A stretch of 64,000 nt of DNA from Amoebophrya sp. A120 (taxonomy: Eukaryota > Protista > Dinoflagellata): positions 6,508,570 through 6,572,569 of the forward strand of contig CAJINV010000003.1 in assembly GCA_905178155.1 (NCBI GenBank), given 5' to 3'. The notes beneath the pieces are model-generated. The model saw only the letters and a list, made by a program, of their open reading frames with translations, was not told where the DNA came from and ran no database searches. Position numbers and translations under genes: made by a program. Positions 46,201 to 57,011 of this stretch are shown in pieces (the first letter of the stretch is position 1; every line of letters begins with the position of its first letter).

Positions 46201-49200
46201 CAACAAAGCGTCAGCGAGACGAGGAACACAGCACGGCGGGGATGGCGATTGCGACCAATGCTGCGACCAGGCGGCAGACCTCGGTTGTTGCTGCTGCTGC
46301 CCCGGCAACTGTAGTCGCGAGATGGAGGCGCACAGTACGCTCGCGTTCCCGTGCTGTACGAAAGGGCTAGAGTGCTGCTGTTGCTGCCACAGCGATTGTT
46401 GCCTCGGACGCGTGCTCATGCCCACTTTTGCCTGTGAGGGACTCTGCGACGCGAACCCCGATCGCGACTATGAGAATGCACAACTCCTTACTCCCCCGAT
46501 CCACCTCATTATTTGCAAGGCATGTACAGCAGCCGCAGCGACGGGACACAAATCTCGTTTCTAGTACACGACAAAAAAATAAGAACACCGCGCGCGGACA
46601 CGAGCAGCGTCGGGTCTACCGGAACCTGGGCACGCAAGCAACAGCGGCAAAGGGGAACGGCACGGCTATGAATTATGCATTTTTGATGAAATACATGATT
46701 ATGGGGAGGAGGTCGAGGGCGGGGAGTTGTTGACTCTCATAGCGACAACGGGCAGAGGTGCCTCAAGAATTGCGGATGCTTCACGCTGGGGAAACCTGAT
46801 GGGAGTGGCGACTCGCTGATCTACATGCTGCTGGAGTCCATGGTGAAGAGCTACCACCGTGTGGCCGCCGTACCGGCATTGAAGATGCAGCTGCACCATG
46901 TACTCAGCACGGAAAGAGTCTCGAGAGCAGCGTCGGGAGAGGAGTTGCAGCTGTTGAAAGAGTTCGTGGAAAAGACTCACACTGAGTTTCGCCGCAAGGT
47001 TCATGATATGGACGCGGTCAAGCGTCGTGCGATGTTCGGACCCCACAAGACGCTGGCATCGGGTGCCGAAAGAATCTGCGACATGTGCACCGGCGCGCAT
47101 CCTGCTGGGCAGGACGAGTTACTTATCATTCAGAAAAGTACTAGCATCTACTTCCATGGTATCTGTTTGCAGAAGTAGCAGCGCAGATGAAATAAAACAC
47201 TGGGCGAGCCTCTCGCAATCTATTAGTGTCGTGACACATCACATAAACTGACAGTTTTTATTTTGCCTGGTTGATGACCAGGTGGTATAATCGCCTAGGC
47301 GTGCCACCATTCGTTATTCCTCATCTCCTGACCAGTCCCTGCATACCTAGCCATTGGTTGTTTTACCACATTGATTGTGCAAGAAGGTGACAGGATTGCT
47401 CTGAGCGTCGTCACATGTCCTATTATTCCAATGTCTTTGATGAATGGCGAACAGATATGATGATGCGCTAGCTATTTCTTTCCCGCGGGATATTGCTTGT
47501 CGATCAAGGGGCAACGCCCGAGAGTTTTGAAGAGAACAGACTACCGCGGTCGCACCTTTATTCGGGGCACATAAAATGTCTGGGTCTAGAAAGACCCAAA
47601 CTTGTAATGCGTAATCAGGTGAAGGTGAAGATCGAAAATGCGCTGTCAACATCTTGTATGAATATATTACACAAACAGTCGCCCACTTGCTGCCACGAAA
47701 AAAGAGTTATCATGCGGAACAGGCTCCTTCAAGACCACCGCGAGGACTGCGCAACGCCTGAACTAGCATTTGCGTGCGTTCCAGGCCATCTTCAGTGTGC
47801 TGCAAAATAAATAATATACGTGGTTTTCTTTTCTAACCCAGACATGTTTACAGATGATAGCCTTGATGCGGGTGACGGGCCGCACCGCGAGTGCTGGGCC
47901 ATGTGTGGGCATAACGCAAACTGGTGTGCCGCCTGTTCCTGCCGAGGTCTAGCACTGTACGGTGGTCTCGGATGCTGCGGAGCCACGTCCAACGTGTGCT
48001 GCAATTACGTAGCGTTGCCCCTGCACAAGTGCGGAGAAGAAGCCTGTTGCGATTATCGGACGCCGTGTTGCGAGGGACCGGCGACGGCGAATTGCGGCCG
48101 GGTGAACAGCGCTATGTGCGCAAAAGGGTGCGACGATCTGGTGAACTTCTCCTGCGGCACCTGGTGTCAAGGCTGTTGCGTCAAATTAGCGTACTCGGGA
48201 TCTCGTTTCTCAAGCGGAGCGGTGTGGACCGGTCGGCGTGCCCGGGGCTATGCTGGGTACGCGTCAAACCGCTGCGCACCGGTTGCGTCACGGAAATGCC
48301 GGCAGTGCGTAGCGAGCGGGTGCGGCAGTGCCGCGGTCCTTTGCTGCGGGGGCAACACCGTGACACGCAACCAGATGTGCAGTCTTAAGGTGCCGGGCGA
48401 GATTCCCGGGTTTTGTTGCAACCTGTGTTCAATTTGCGGATGCAACTGCAAGCACGTGGTCTGGGAGCCGCGGGGTGACCGCCTGCAAACCGGTGATGGG
48501 GGCGCTGTCCAGTTCCAGTCCTCCGGTTGTTGTGTTCCAGGACTCATGCGTTGCGGACTCGAGGCCTGCCCCGGCGGGTGTATTGGTAGCTTTGCGTTTC
48601 CGCTTGTAGCCCCCTGGGCCGGACTGCTAGCTGATGTCGGTGTGCAGGCGGCGGGCGTTGCAACCTTTGCGGCCAACGTCGTTGTGGGCGACATCATTTA
48701 TCGCGGTGCTCGTTATGTGCAGTTTGCGCTTACTCTGCTCGGACGAGCACTCTCGGCCGCGGGGCAGTTGGCGAAAGGCACGCTCACCCTTGTGTACCTG
48801 ATCGGACGCGGCCTCTTGTACATCTCGGCGCTCGCGGTGGCTTGGATCTTCTACGGTATCGGAATGGGAGTCTGCGCAATCGGAGAACATTGCGTCGTTC
48901 CTGCCTTGACGGCAGGCTTCCAGTTTGTAGTTCAAGCCGCTCAGGCCTTGGGTGTCCTGCTAGAGCCCTGCGGAACGTGCGTGAGCAAGGGGTGCGACCG
49001 CTGTACCGCGGGGATTTCTGCCGGGTGCACTGCGGCTGGTACTGGAATATCGAATGGGTGCCGCCGGCTCGCGTCCGGTTGTGGCAGGGTATGTGGATCT
49101 TGCAGGGACGGCGCAGCAGCTGGCTGCTCGGTGCTAGGAAACGTCCTCCAGGAGTTGTACAACTTGGTGGGTGTGCCGTTAATGCGTGGACTCGCTTGCT

Positions 49201-50941
49201 GTTGCAATTGCGGCACTACTTGCTGCGTGGGCGCCTGCAAGTGCGTGTTTAAACACCCCCGCATTTCCGCAGCGGTAACTACTCTTCTTTTGGGCACGGG
49301 AGCGGTTGCAGCCTACCAGATGGGTAAAATGCAGCCCCTTTTGGAGCGGTTGCAGCCACATGTGACTCAGTCTTCTTCGCCGGTGGATGTTGTTGGCTCG
49401 TCAAGTAGTACAACTTCTCTTGTCGACGATCCTGACCGACATGATCGCTACGTGGCGCCGTTGGGCGTGGCGTCGCCATATGAAATGTCCATGACCACCT
49501 ATCAAAAGGAAAAATCCCCCCTCCCCATATCGAAAACAAAATTTGTGATGCTGTATTTGAGTACACAAAGCGACTTGTAATGCTAGAAGGCCAAGTGACG
49601 CAGCTGTGGCCCCCTCGTTTGCAGGCAATTTGTAATGCTGTTTCCCACTTCCAGCTGCCCCCTGTCATACTGAAGATGCAAGGCTTTCCCACGCCAACCA
49701 GCACTACAGTCCGCATCTTTCCCGTTCTAGCATGACGAAGCTGATTTGTGGCCACAAATCCGCATCACAAATTTCTAGTTTGAGTATGGGGTCGCGGGGG
49801 GATTTTTCATTTTGATACCACCACCACGGCCTGGATGTCGCCCGCCTCACACCCACCAGCGGCACCCACGGTCCCGCGACCGGCGGTGGAGCCGCCCCGG
49901 CTGGGCATCACTTCGACCACTGCCCTTGCAGCGCAGCAACCCAGCAGTGGAGTTGCCGTGCCTGCTTCGGGTGGCACTTGGGCGTTTGCAAACCCTGCTG
50001 GTGGTGGGCCGAGTGGTGACCTTCCGGCTACCCTCACCACCTCTGCGCCTTCCGGCGAGCCCGGGAAAGAACGAAAACTGCGGGAAGAACTTCCGCGGCG
50101 TGGAGATAGTACTATTTTGACAACTACTGCGAAGAAGAACACAGCTGCCTCTAGATCTACAACCACTGACTCGGCGATGACGAAGGAAGACGGGGGAAGT
50201 GGCCCAGGTCGTGAAGATCCTCACAGTGCGGAGGAGACAGAAAGGGGACGACGAGAACAATCGGAGGTTGAGCGGGAGAGGCGAGAGCAGGACTTCTACG
50301 AATGGCATGACAAAAATGCGGACCACTTTGGTAGGTTTCCTGCGCTTTTTGAGCAGGGTAACTTAGGCGACGCGGAAGATTTTTTGAGCGACGGTGTGCT
50401 CCCGGAGGAGCTGCAGACGCTTCCAGAAAACGACCTCGGTGCGCCGGAAGAGACGGACATGAGCCAAATCATCCACGACCTAATCGACGAGGACGCGAGG
50501 TTGCGAAGCAGGCTCACGACGGGATTGCGTAACCGCGGCTCGTCCTCTCGTCACGCAGAACACGAAGATAAATCCTCTCCCCCCTCCTCAACTGCGACGA
50601 CAAGTAAAAGGCGCACTGAGAATGATTGGAGGGACCGGGCTCGGAGCTTCAACGAAATGTACGTGCGGGCTGTGAAAGAGACTCGAGAAGCACCGCGAGA
50701 CCAGGAGTCGTCTTCCGGGAAGTTTTGGCTGGCCATGCAGCGCATCGCCACCGCAACCGTGCCCCCGCCGACAGCCCAGCAAACGGCTCGGGCAAGTACC
50801 CTTTTCGGTGGAGCTCTCGTCGGAACCTCCAGGCGGATGGCGAATGCGCCCGCACAGGAGCAGATGAAAATGGGATCTGCTCCCGGCGAACAAGCCTCGC
50901 TGTCAGAGAGGGACGAAACCCGAAGAAAGAAGCAGAATTGA
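31296..50941 (+). CDS. Very large multi-exon Cys-rich membrane protein with a split U-box-like domain; 5' end and some junctions unresolved, may be more than one gene
   Basis: CPITQEIMQDPVVL (~39780) and IHPMTRSRL...LISFEALQTEI (~44580), many CC/CCC clusters and hydrophobic helices at 48600-49320. Exons chain in frame across 15 element introns; 40834-50941 joins continuously if 40901-44557 is also removed. Confidence 0.55.
32247..32559. mobile_element. TIR introner, family A, opposite orientation to 57238
   Basis: Perfect DR gagaa; join FPCEN|YCCG. Confidence 0.9.
32641..32947. mobile_element. TIR introner, family C (tatgacaatgaaaaatgcccc)
   Basis: 21-bp TIR with 2 mismatches; perfect DR cggga; join RCPG|AFET. 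Confidence 0.9.
32976..33274. mobile_element. TIR introner, degenerate
   Basis: tatcgtgcagaaa / tttcctgtgcgata; joins to ORF 33284 in frame. Confidence 0.6.
33890..34346. mobile_element. TIR introner, degenerate
   Basis: tatggagaaaaa / tttttcgcgcata; join PRGS|GADDQ. Confidence 0.5.
34430..34775. mobile_element. TIR introner, family D
   Basis: tatcctgagtaaaaa..ccctgc / gcaggg..tttttatttaggatg; join EARFQ|RDDRR. Confidence 0.75.
34985..35857. mobile_element. TIR introner, family B, carrying a ~620-bp nested insert
   Basis: Perfect DR agggc; both arms align with 39184-39441; join FGLG|RATC. Confidence 0.9.
36589..36907. mobile_element. TIR introner
   Basis: DR tttca/cttca; join EFF|NSEDHW. 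Confidence 0.75.
38132..38525. mobile_element. TIR introner
   Basis: tatcacagaggaaaagc / gctttttttctctgggata; DR tccct/tcccg. Confidence 0.75.
39184..39441. mobile_element. TIR introner, family B
   Basis: DR ggttg/ggctg; join GNKRL|VENV. Confidence 0.88.
40909..44556. repeat. Array of four identical 32-bp repeats separated by three unrelated ~1.0-1.3-kb cassettes
   Basis: gagagagcatcgtcctcgagcttgtattccta at 40909, 42073, 43453 and 44510. Copies 2 and 4 are extended by gtacaagcgtcgcgc. Confidence 0.9.
42485..43025. repeat. Higher-order tandem repeat built from TCCGGA / AAAATCGATTTT palindromes
   Basis: Directly visible; produces spurious repetitive ORFs on both strands. Confidence 0.9.
44744..45002. 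mobile_element. TIR introner, family B, inverted relative to 39184
   Basis: Perfect DR gaaga; join KAVK|KDPAR. Confidence 0.9.
45468..45745. mobile_element. TIR introner, family D
   Basis: tatcctgactaaaaacgtcccc / ggggacgtttttacataggata; perfect DR cagtc; join KRQS|VLDT. Confidence 0.92.
46469..46741. mobile_element. TIR introner
   Basis: tatgagaatgcacaactcc / ggagttgttgactctcata; perfect DR gcgac; join PDRD|NGQR. Confidence 0.88.
47124..47492. mobile_element. TIR introner
   Basis: DR ttact/ttgct; join DELL|VDQG. Confidence 0.75.
47559..47859. mobile_element. TIR introner, B-like
   Basis: atgtctgggt / acccagacat; DR acctt/gcctt; join RSHL|DAGD. Confidence 0.8.
49500..49817. mobile_element. 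TIR introner, family A
   Basis: Perfect DR ccacc; joins ORFs 47820 and 49835 in frame. Confidence 0.92.
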
Positions 50942-50970
50942 CGAGGGATGAATCTGGTCCATCAAGCCGA

Positions 50971-51406
50971 TATGAATTGCGAAGCTACTGTCTGGGTCTG
51001 GAAGGAAAATGCCAAATTGTGCTGTGGATTCAGGAAAACGCGATTAAAAATCTGTGTTGCACCAAGAGCATTTTGTCTCCGGGACCGGGCCTTTCTCGTG
51101 GAGGCTAGGCATGGAAAAGTCTCCGCAGAATTTGCCGTCCTCTGTGTGCATTCCTAAACTGCTTCATGCAAATGCAAGAACAAATCAAAATTGCATGATT
51201 CATGTCTCCCGATAGAAATCATCGTTTTCAGCAAAATATGCGTACTCAACGTTCGCGGGTACGGGGCTTGCTGGATTACAACAGCACTTTCTAGGTTTAC
51301 TATTTTCCCCATGGACGCGGCCCTGTTTTCCCCATTTCCTTTTCCGACAACATGGCAACGACAAGTGTCCGCATTCTTCCAGACCCACACATACTTGCAA
51401 TTGATA
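50971..51406. mobile_element. Family B-like element just 3' of the stop codon, probably in the 3' UTR
   Basis: tatgaattgc..tgtctgggtctggaag / cttccagacccacac..gcaattgata. Confidence 0.75.
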
Positions 51407-51769
51407 GTCCGACGAAGAATTACAGCAAAATTGATATTATTACTATGCGATGGGCATTGGGCGGGTGTGGATCTGCGGACGGTTAGTTTAGACCGCACTT
51501 TGTCCTCGTTGCCCCTACGGCTCGAGATTGTGTATTACGACGTGTTGCACTACCGAATGGGTTGTTGTTTCAACTGTTCGCGTAGCGGGATAGTTTTCGT
51601 TTCCCGATAACTCCGTATCGCACAAGTCATACGACACCACGCCTCGCGCTTTTGGTATTGCTATCTTCACAGCTTTGTTTCAGGTTGGATTTATGGATCG
51701 AACTTCCAGTCGACTTGTTCAAAATTGTATGTATAGTACTACAGAATGAATATAACTCCTATTGCTGAG

Positions 51770-54170
51770 CAGGGGCAGTTAAAATTTTGCAGCAGGGAGG
51801 AAAATCGCCCACGCCGAAAAGTTTTTCACATTTTTCAAACTTTTTAAAGCTGTTGCGATTTGCGAAATCGTTCACCGCCCAACGGCCAACGGCAACCGGC
51901 CACATCGCAAACGGCCAACGGCCACATCGCAAACTGCCAACGGCCAGCGGCCAACGGCCAAATCGCAAACGGCCAGCGGCCAAATCGCAAACGGCCAGCG
52001 GCCAAATCGCAAACGGCCAACGGCCAAATCGCAAACGGCCAACGGCCAGCGGCCAAATCGCAAACGGCCAGCGGCCAAATCGCAAGCGGCCAGCGGCCAA
52101 ATCTATCGCAAACGGCCAACGGCCAAATCGCAAACGGCCAGCGGCCAAATCGCAAACGGACAAATCGCAAACGGCCAGCGGCCAAATCGCAAACGGCCAA
52201 CTGCCAAATCGCAAACGGCCAACGGCCAACGGCCAAATCGCAAACGGCCAGCGGCCACGCCGCAACTCGCAAAATATTTTGCAACTCCAAACATTCTGTG
52301 GCTTCAAAGATTTTGCGATCAAAATATTTCGCAAATCCAAATATTTTGCGACGCACGACATTTTTTGGGTTTGCGACTCCAAATATTTTGCAGCTTCAAA
52401 TATTTTGCGCCTCGAAATATTTCGCAAGTCCAAAAATTCCGCAAGTCCAAAAATTCCGCAAGTTTAAAAATTTCGCAAGTCCAAATATTTTGCGCCGCAA
52501 AATATTTTGCGGTCCGAAATGTTTCGCGACCCAAAAAATTTTGCAATCCCCGACAAATATTCTCATCAGGAGAAAATATTTTGCAACAAACTCCCGAAAG
52601 CCTGTCTCCCCGGTTTCACAGCTTTGAAAGCGAAGACCGCGAAGGGGGCGGGGAGCATGGGGGGAGTGGAGAGCACGGGGAAGGCGAAAGGCACGGGAAA
52701 AACGTGAAGAACCGGAAAGGCGGGGCGGAGGCTAGCAAGCGGCGCCCACGGGGAAAGCGGGAAGCACGGGGAAAGCGGGAAGCACGGGGATAGCGGGAAG
52801 CACGGGGAAAACGGGAAGCACTTACAGGGAAAACGGGAAGCGCGGGGAAAGCGGGAAGCACGGGGAAAACGGGAAGCACGGGGAAAGCGAGAAGCACAGG
52901 GAAAACGGGAAGCACGGGGAAAGCGGGAAGCACGGGGAAAGCGGGAAGCACGGGGAAAGCCAGCGGGAAGCACGGGGGGCGCTGGAAGCAGGGGGGAAAC
53001 GGCAAGCGCGGGGAAAGCGGGAAGCACGGCGGCAGCGGGATGCACGGCGGAAGCGGGAAGCACGGGGAAAGCGGGGGGCAAGGGGGAAGCGGGAAGCACG
53101 GGGAAAGCGGGAGGCACGGGGAAAGCGGGAAGTATAGGGAAAGCGGGAAGCATAGGGAAAGCGGGGAGCACGGGGGAAACGGGAAGCACGAGAAAGGCGG
53201 GGGGCACGGGGAAGGCGGGAAGAACGGGGGAAGCGGGAAGCACGGGGAAAGCGGGAAGCACGGGGAACCGGGAAACACGGGGATAGCGGGATGCCAGCAC
53301 GGGCGGGGGGCGCAAAGAAGGCGGGGGGCACGGGGGGGGAACGCCGCCGGCGGCCAAGCCCCAGGCGAGCAGCTGCCCACCACCCTCCCCCGGCGCCCTC
53401 CCTCTGTTCGCGAAGGGAAAGCCGCGCCCCGGCGCCAGGTTTGCAGGCGGGCAGCTGCCCACCACCCTCCCCCGGCGCCCTCCCTCTCTCTGCTCACGAG
53501 GAGACCGGCAGAGGGCGCCACCGTCCGCCGCCTCTGTCTTGGACGGTGCGCGCAAGGGAAGCAGGCGGGGGCTGAGCAGTCAGATTACTGCATGCGAGCT
53601 AGCGCGGGGGGCGCCGCTGTCGTCCGGGGGTGGGCCCCTGCGCCTGGAAGGCAGCCAATGAATGCCCCGCCCCGGCGCCCGTGCTGCCTCCATCCACGCG
53701 CGCGACAGGGAGGCGCCCCCGCTCTGCAAGGCTGTGCGCGGGGGAAGGCCGCGGGGGGCACAAAGGCGCGCAGGGGCAGCCGGGGCACAAAGGCAAACGG
53801 CACGAGTGGGCCACGCCCGCCGCAAACGCGCGGGCATGGCGTCGCGCGCCAACGCCTCGCATGGCGCGGGCTGTCCCCCTGCTTCCTTCCCCCGTCCACT
53901 GGCGCCCGCCCGCTGCCGCGCTTTGCGTTGTTGCTTGGGCCTAAGGCTTGCCGCCACGCAAATGCGCGCCCCATGCGGGTGGGGTCCTCGCGCTCGCGAA
54001 GAGACTGGAACCACGGGCGCCATGGCGCTCCGCCTTCGTTCTTTCAGCAAGAAGCGGCGCAGATGCCTGGCCCCGCCCTGCATTAAAAATTTTTTCCCTT
54101 GCCCACCCTCTGACGATTTTCCTTCCCCCCTGTCCACTCGTTCACCCTCCCACTACGCGACATAAGCTGC
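51770..54170. repeat. Composite minisatellite element: CAAATCGCAAACGGC units (51880-52255), AAATATTT palindromes (52270-52585), 18-bp GGGGAAAGCGGGAAGCAC units (52750-53290), GC-rich tail; ends approximate
   Basis: Directly visible repeats; subterminal IR ggaaaatcg (~51800) / cgattttcc (~54115). Confidence 0.8.
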
Positions 54171-56785
54171 GGCCTTGTAAAATTATGACTGTCTAAAGCA
54201 GGTGCAGGTGGCAAGTAGGTGACGTATCTCTTGCTTCTCCTTTCTCCTGTCTTTTTTTATTTCTTTGAGTTTTTTGATTGAACTTCGCGGGCACCGCCCC
54301 GGCGGAATGAAAAAACACCCTTGTTTTTTGAGAATATAGAAAATCAAAAACGCACCGGTGCGCAGAAAAAAATGCATTATGTCTGGACTCTTTTGACGTT
54401 CTGGATCTGGGAATGGATAGCAGCTACAAGAGCGAATATATGCTTTGCACCAGCCTTCAATTATACAAAAACTTGCCACATCCACTATTTCTATTTCCTT
54501 TCATTTTGCGAAATGAATCACGATAGTCGCCCTCCTGGCCTTTATGCAGTTTTTGCAAGCACGCAGATGCACTTGCACACACGCATACACACACCACACC
54601 TCGATTCTTTCCTGCCTTTCGGAATCGGAGGGTATCAATCAGTTTTTTGCTATAGATTTGCGCCGACCTGCTCGCTTTAGCGGTAGTTCTATTTTTGCGA
54701 AAAACAGAGAGAACAAGCGAAGATCGCAAAAAGATGGCGAAGTACTGCCAAATCTATTGCACTCTGATCAGGAAGGACATCTTCACAACCGAGTTGCTTT
54801 TGGCCAAACTGTAAAATGCATTTTCAGCGAAGGACAGCGATATGATCCGGTGCTTCGCTTCCTTCAATCGCGCGTGTAGACAATAAAGATTGAATGAAGA
54901 TCTTGGGTCCAGTCTTTCATTGAGTAGTGCAAAACGCAACACTGAAAACCGCCACACCCCGGGATGGCACTGTCATCAGTGCATGATAGATGGATGCACG
55001 ATAGGCGGCAGAGACGCACGCGCAGCCCGTGCAAATCCAAATTTCCAACAAGAAATTATCAAACCGAGTCTACGCCTGCACTTTCCTGATTGTTTTTTGG
55101 ACAAGCACAAGTGTTGATTTGGAACTGAATCGGCCACGAGACAGAACATGAGTAAAATCGCGCCTGTTGTAGTCCTTATATATTTTGATATTTCCACCTG
55201 TTTCACGAGGTCGTGGCTCTCGAAGCAGTTGCGTCAACGTATTCGTCTGGTTGTGGTTTCGAAGCTATTTAGTACACGACTCGGTCCCAGAAGCGGGAGT
55301 AAATCACCGCAGTGTGCGCTGGCTCTAATGCTTTACTCAAACTTCTACATGTGCTGGAGTTTGTATTGTAGTACATCAAGACCGGATTTGTGTCGACCGT
55401 GAATGAATTTTTGGATTGATCGGGCTCTGCAAGCGTCTTTATGCGCCTTCTTTCAAGAGGACGCAATATAAGATTACGCTGCTCATTGTTGGACGAGCAG
55501 AAGCATACGCGTAAAAGCAATGTGGATCAGATTCTTTTTAGGTCTGGGATCTGGGATTTCATTTTGGGCCCCGTCTGCACTCATGACATGAGAGAACCCT
55601 CTGGGACTTTACCATGCCATATATTTGCTCCGTGTGTGAGAGAACAAGTAAAAGTTGCAAACTGTTGGGCCACGCCTACGGCCTTAGTTCTTGAATGTTT
55701 GTGTCTCTTGAGGGCCGTTCTCGTTGTTTCGCAGGTGTCGTAAAAATAAGCGTTTCTTTTGATGACGTTTGTGTGGTAAGTGCTTCACTTTTTTCCGGTA
55801 CTCAGTGTAATGACCAGCTTGTGTACTCATCTCATAGTGCACCAGTAGCTTGTTTCGTATTGGTTTTTAATTCGGTTTCGGTTTGGCATCATCTACATTC
55901 TTTGACCATGACTTTTGTACGTATTGTTGGAGAATTTTTCCTCTATATTTTGCCCACTAATTTATGGCAACATCAGCCAGCTTACGCTTAGGTGTGAATT
56001 CAGTGCTTGCTACTCAGGCTTCATGGCGGCCTCTGATAGAACAGGAGCATACTTGCGTTTGCGTCGGTCCGGCAGCCTCACCACCACCAGACGAAAATCG
56101 AGGGCGCGCACTTCTGCTTCCTGAATCAGCGGCCTTACCACGACTCCCATGCAGCGACGGATACTATCGGGACCGCACACAGTGTGAAGTGTCGGCGATC
56201 CTTTTTCTGCCCCCAGGGGCAGGCTACATAACATATTCTTAGTACTTCTTACTTCATCCGCGGTTCTTAGAGCTGCCGAGCGAAGAACTGAACGGGGGTC
56301 GGTCTTTGCTGGGTCGACTTGATGTTCACCCTGCGCATGCTAGATGATAAACGATGATACATCAAGGCAGAGCACAAATCCTCGGGCGCCACGGGTAACG
56401 AGGCGCGCAAAGCCCCGAAAAGGTTTACCATTGGTAGCCCCATTCCCCTTCCCGGCTGGTGACGAGTTCAATTTTTGCACTGATGGAGGGCGGCTGGGTG
56501 CGTTCGCACCATGGTTGGAGGATTTTGGTGAGATCACCTCCGAATACCTACACAGGGAAGCGCCCAGAAGAGAAAAAGGCTACTGATCCAGGTCTTCTTG
56601 ACGAATGCGCACGCAATTGCCGCGTTCGTCTGTCTGTGTGAGCTGTGTCAAAGCGTAATCTGAAGGATCTCCGCGAAGATGAAACTACGAGCGCAAGAAG
56701 CACCTATTACGGTGTGGGTACTAACGTCAACGACGAGACGCCCCCCACCACACGATCATGGTCTAAAGAGCTAAGGGCTTCTTTG

Positions 56786-56963
56786 TATCCCACAGAAAAA
56801 GACAGGCAAGGCATATTCGTATAAATGCAAAAATAAAAACAGAAAAATCTGCGTTGCGTATCCTAAGCAGCATGCTCATCGGCTCACCCAGGACAGATTT
56901 TTCTGCGTATTTATATTCCATAATTACAAGTATGAACGCCTGCCTGCTTTTTTCTGTGGGATA
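56786..56963. mobile_element. Fold-back TIR element upstream of the 57012 gene
   Basis: tatcccacagaaaaa / tttttctgtgggata with imperfect pairing far into the interior. Confidence 0.8.
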
Positions 56964-57011
56964 GTTTTCTCATCACAACCTTAGCTGGTGACAGACTCAA
57001 TCATACCGTTC

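Noticed and set aside
51759-54196. Repeat-protein ORFs (GQIANGQRP, FPVLPA, GKHGES)
   Set aside because: Minisatellite translation artefacts open in most frames.
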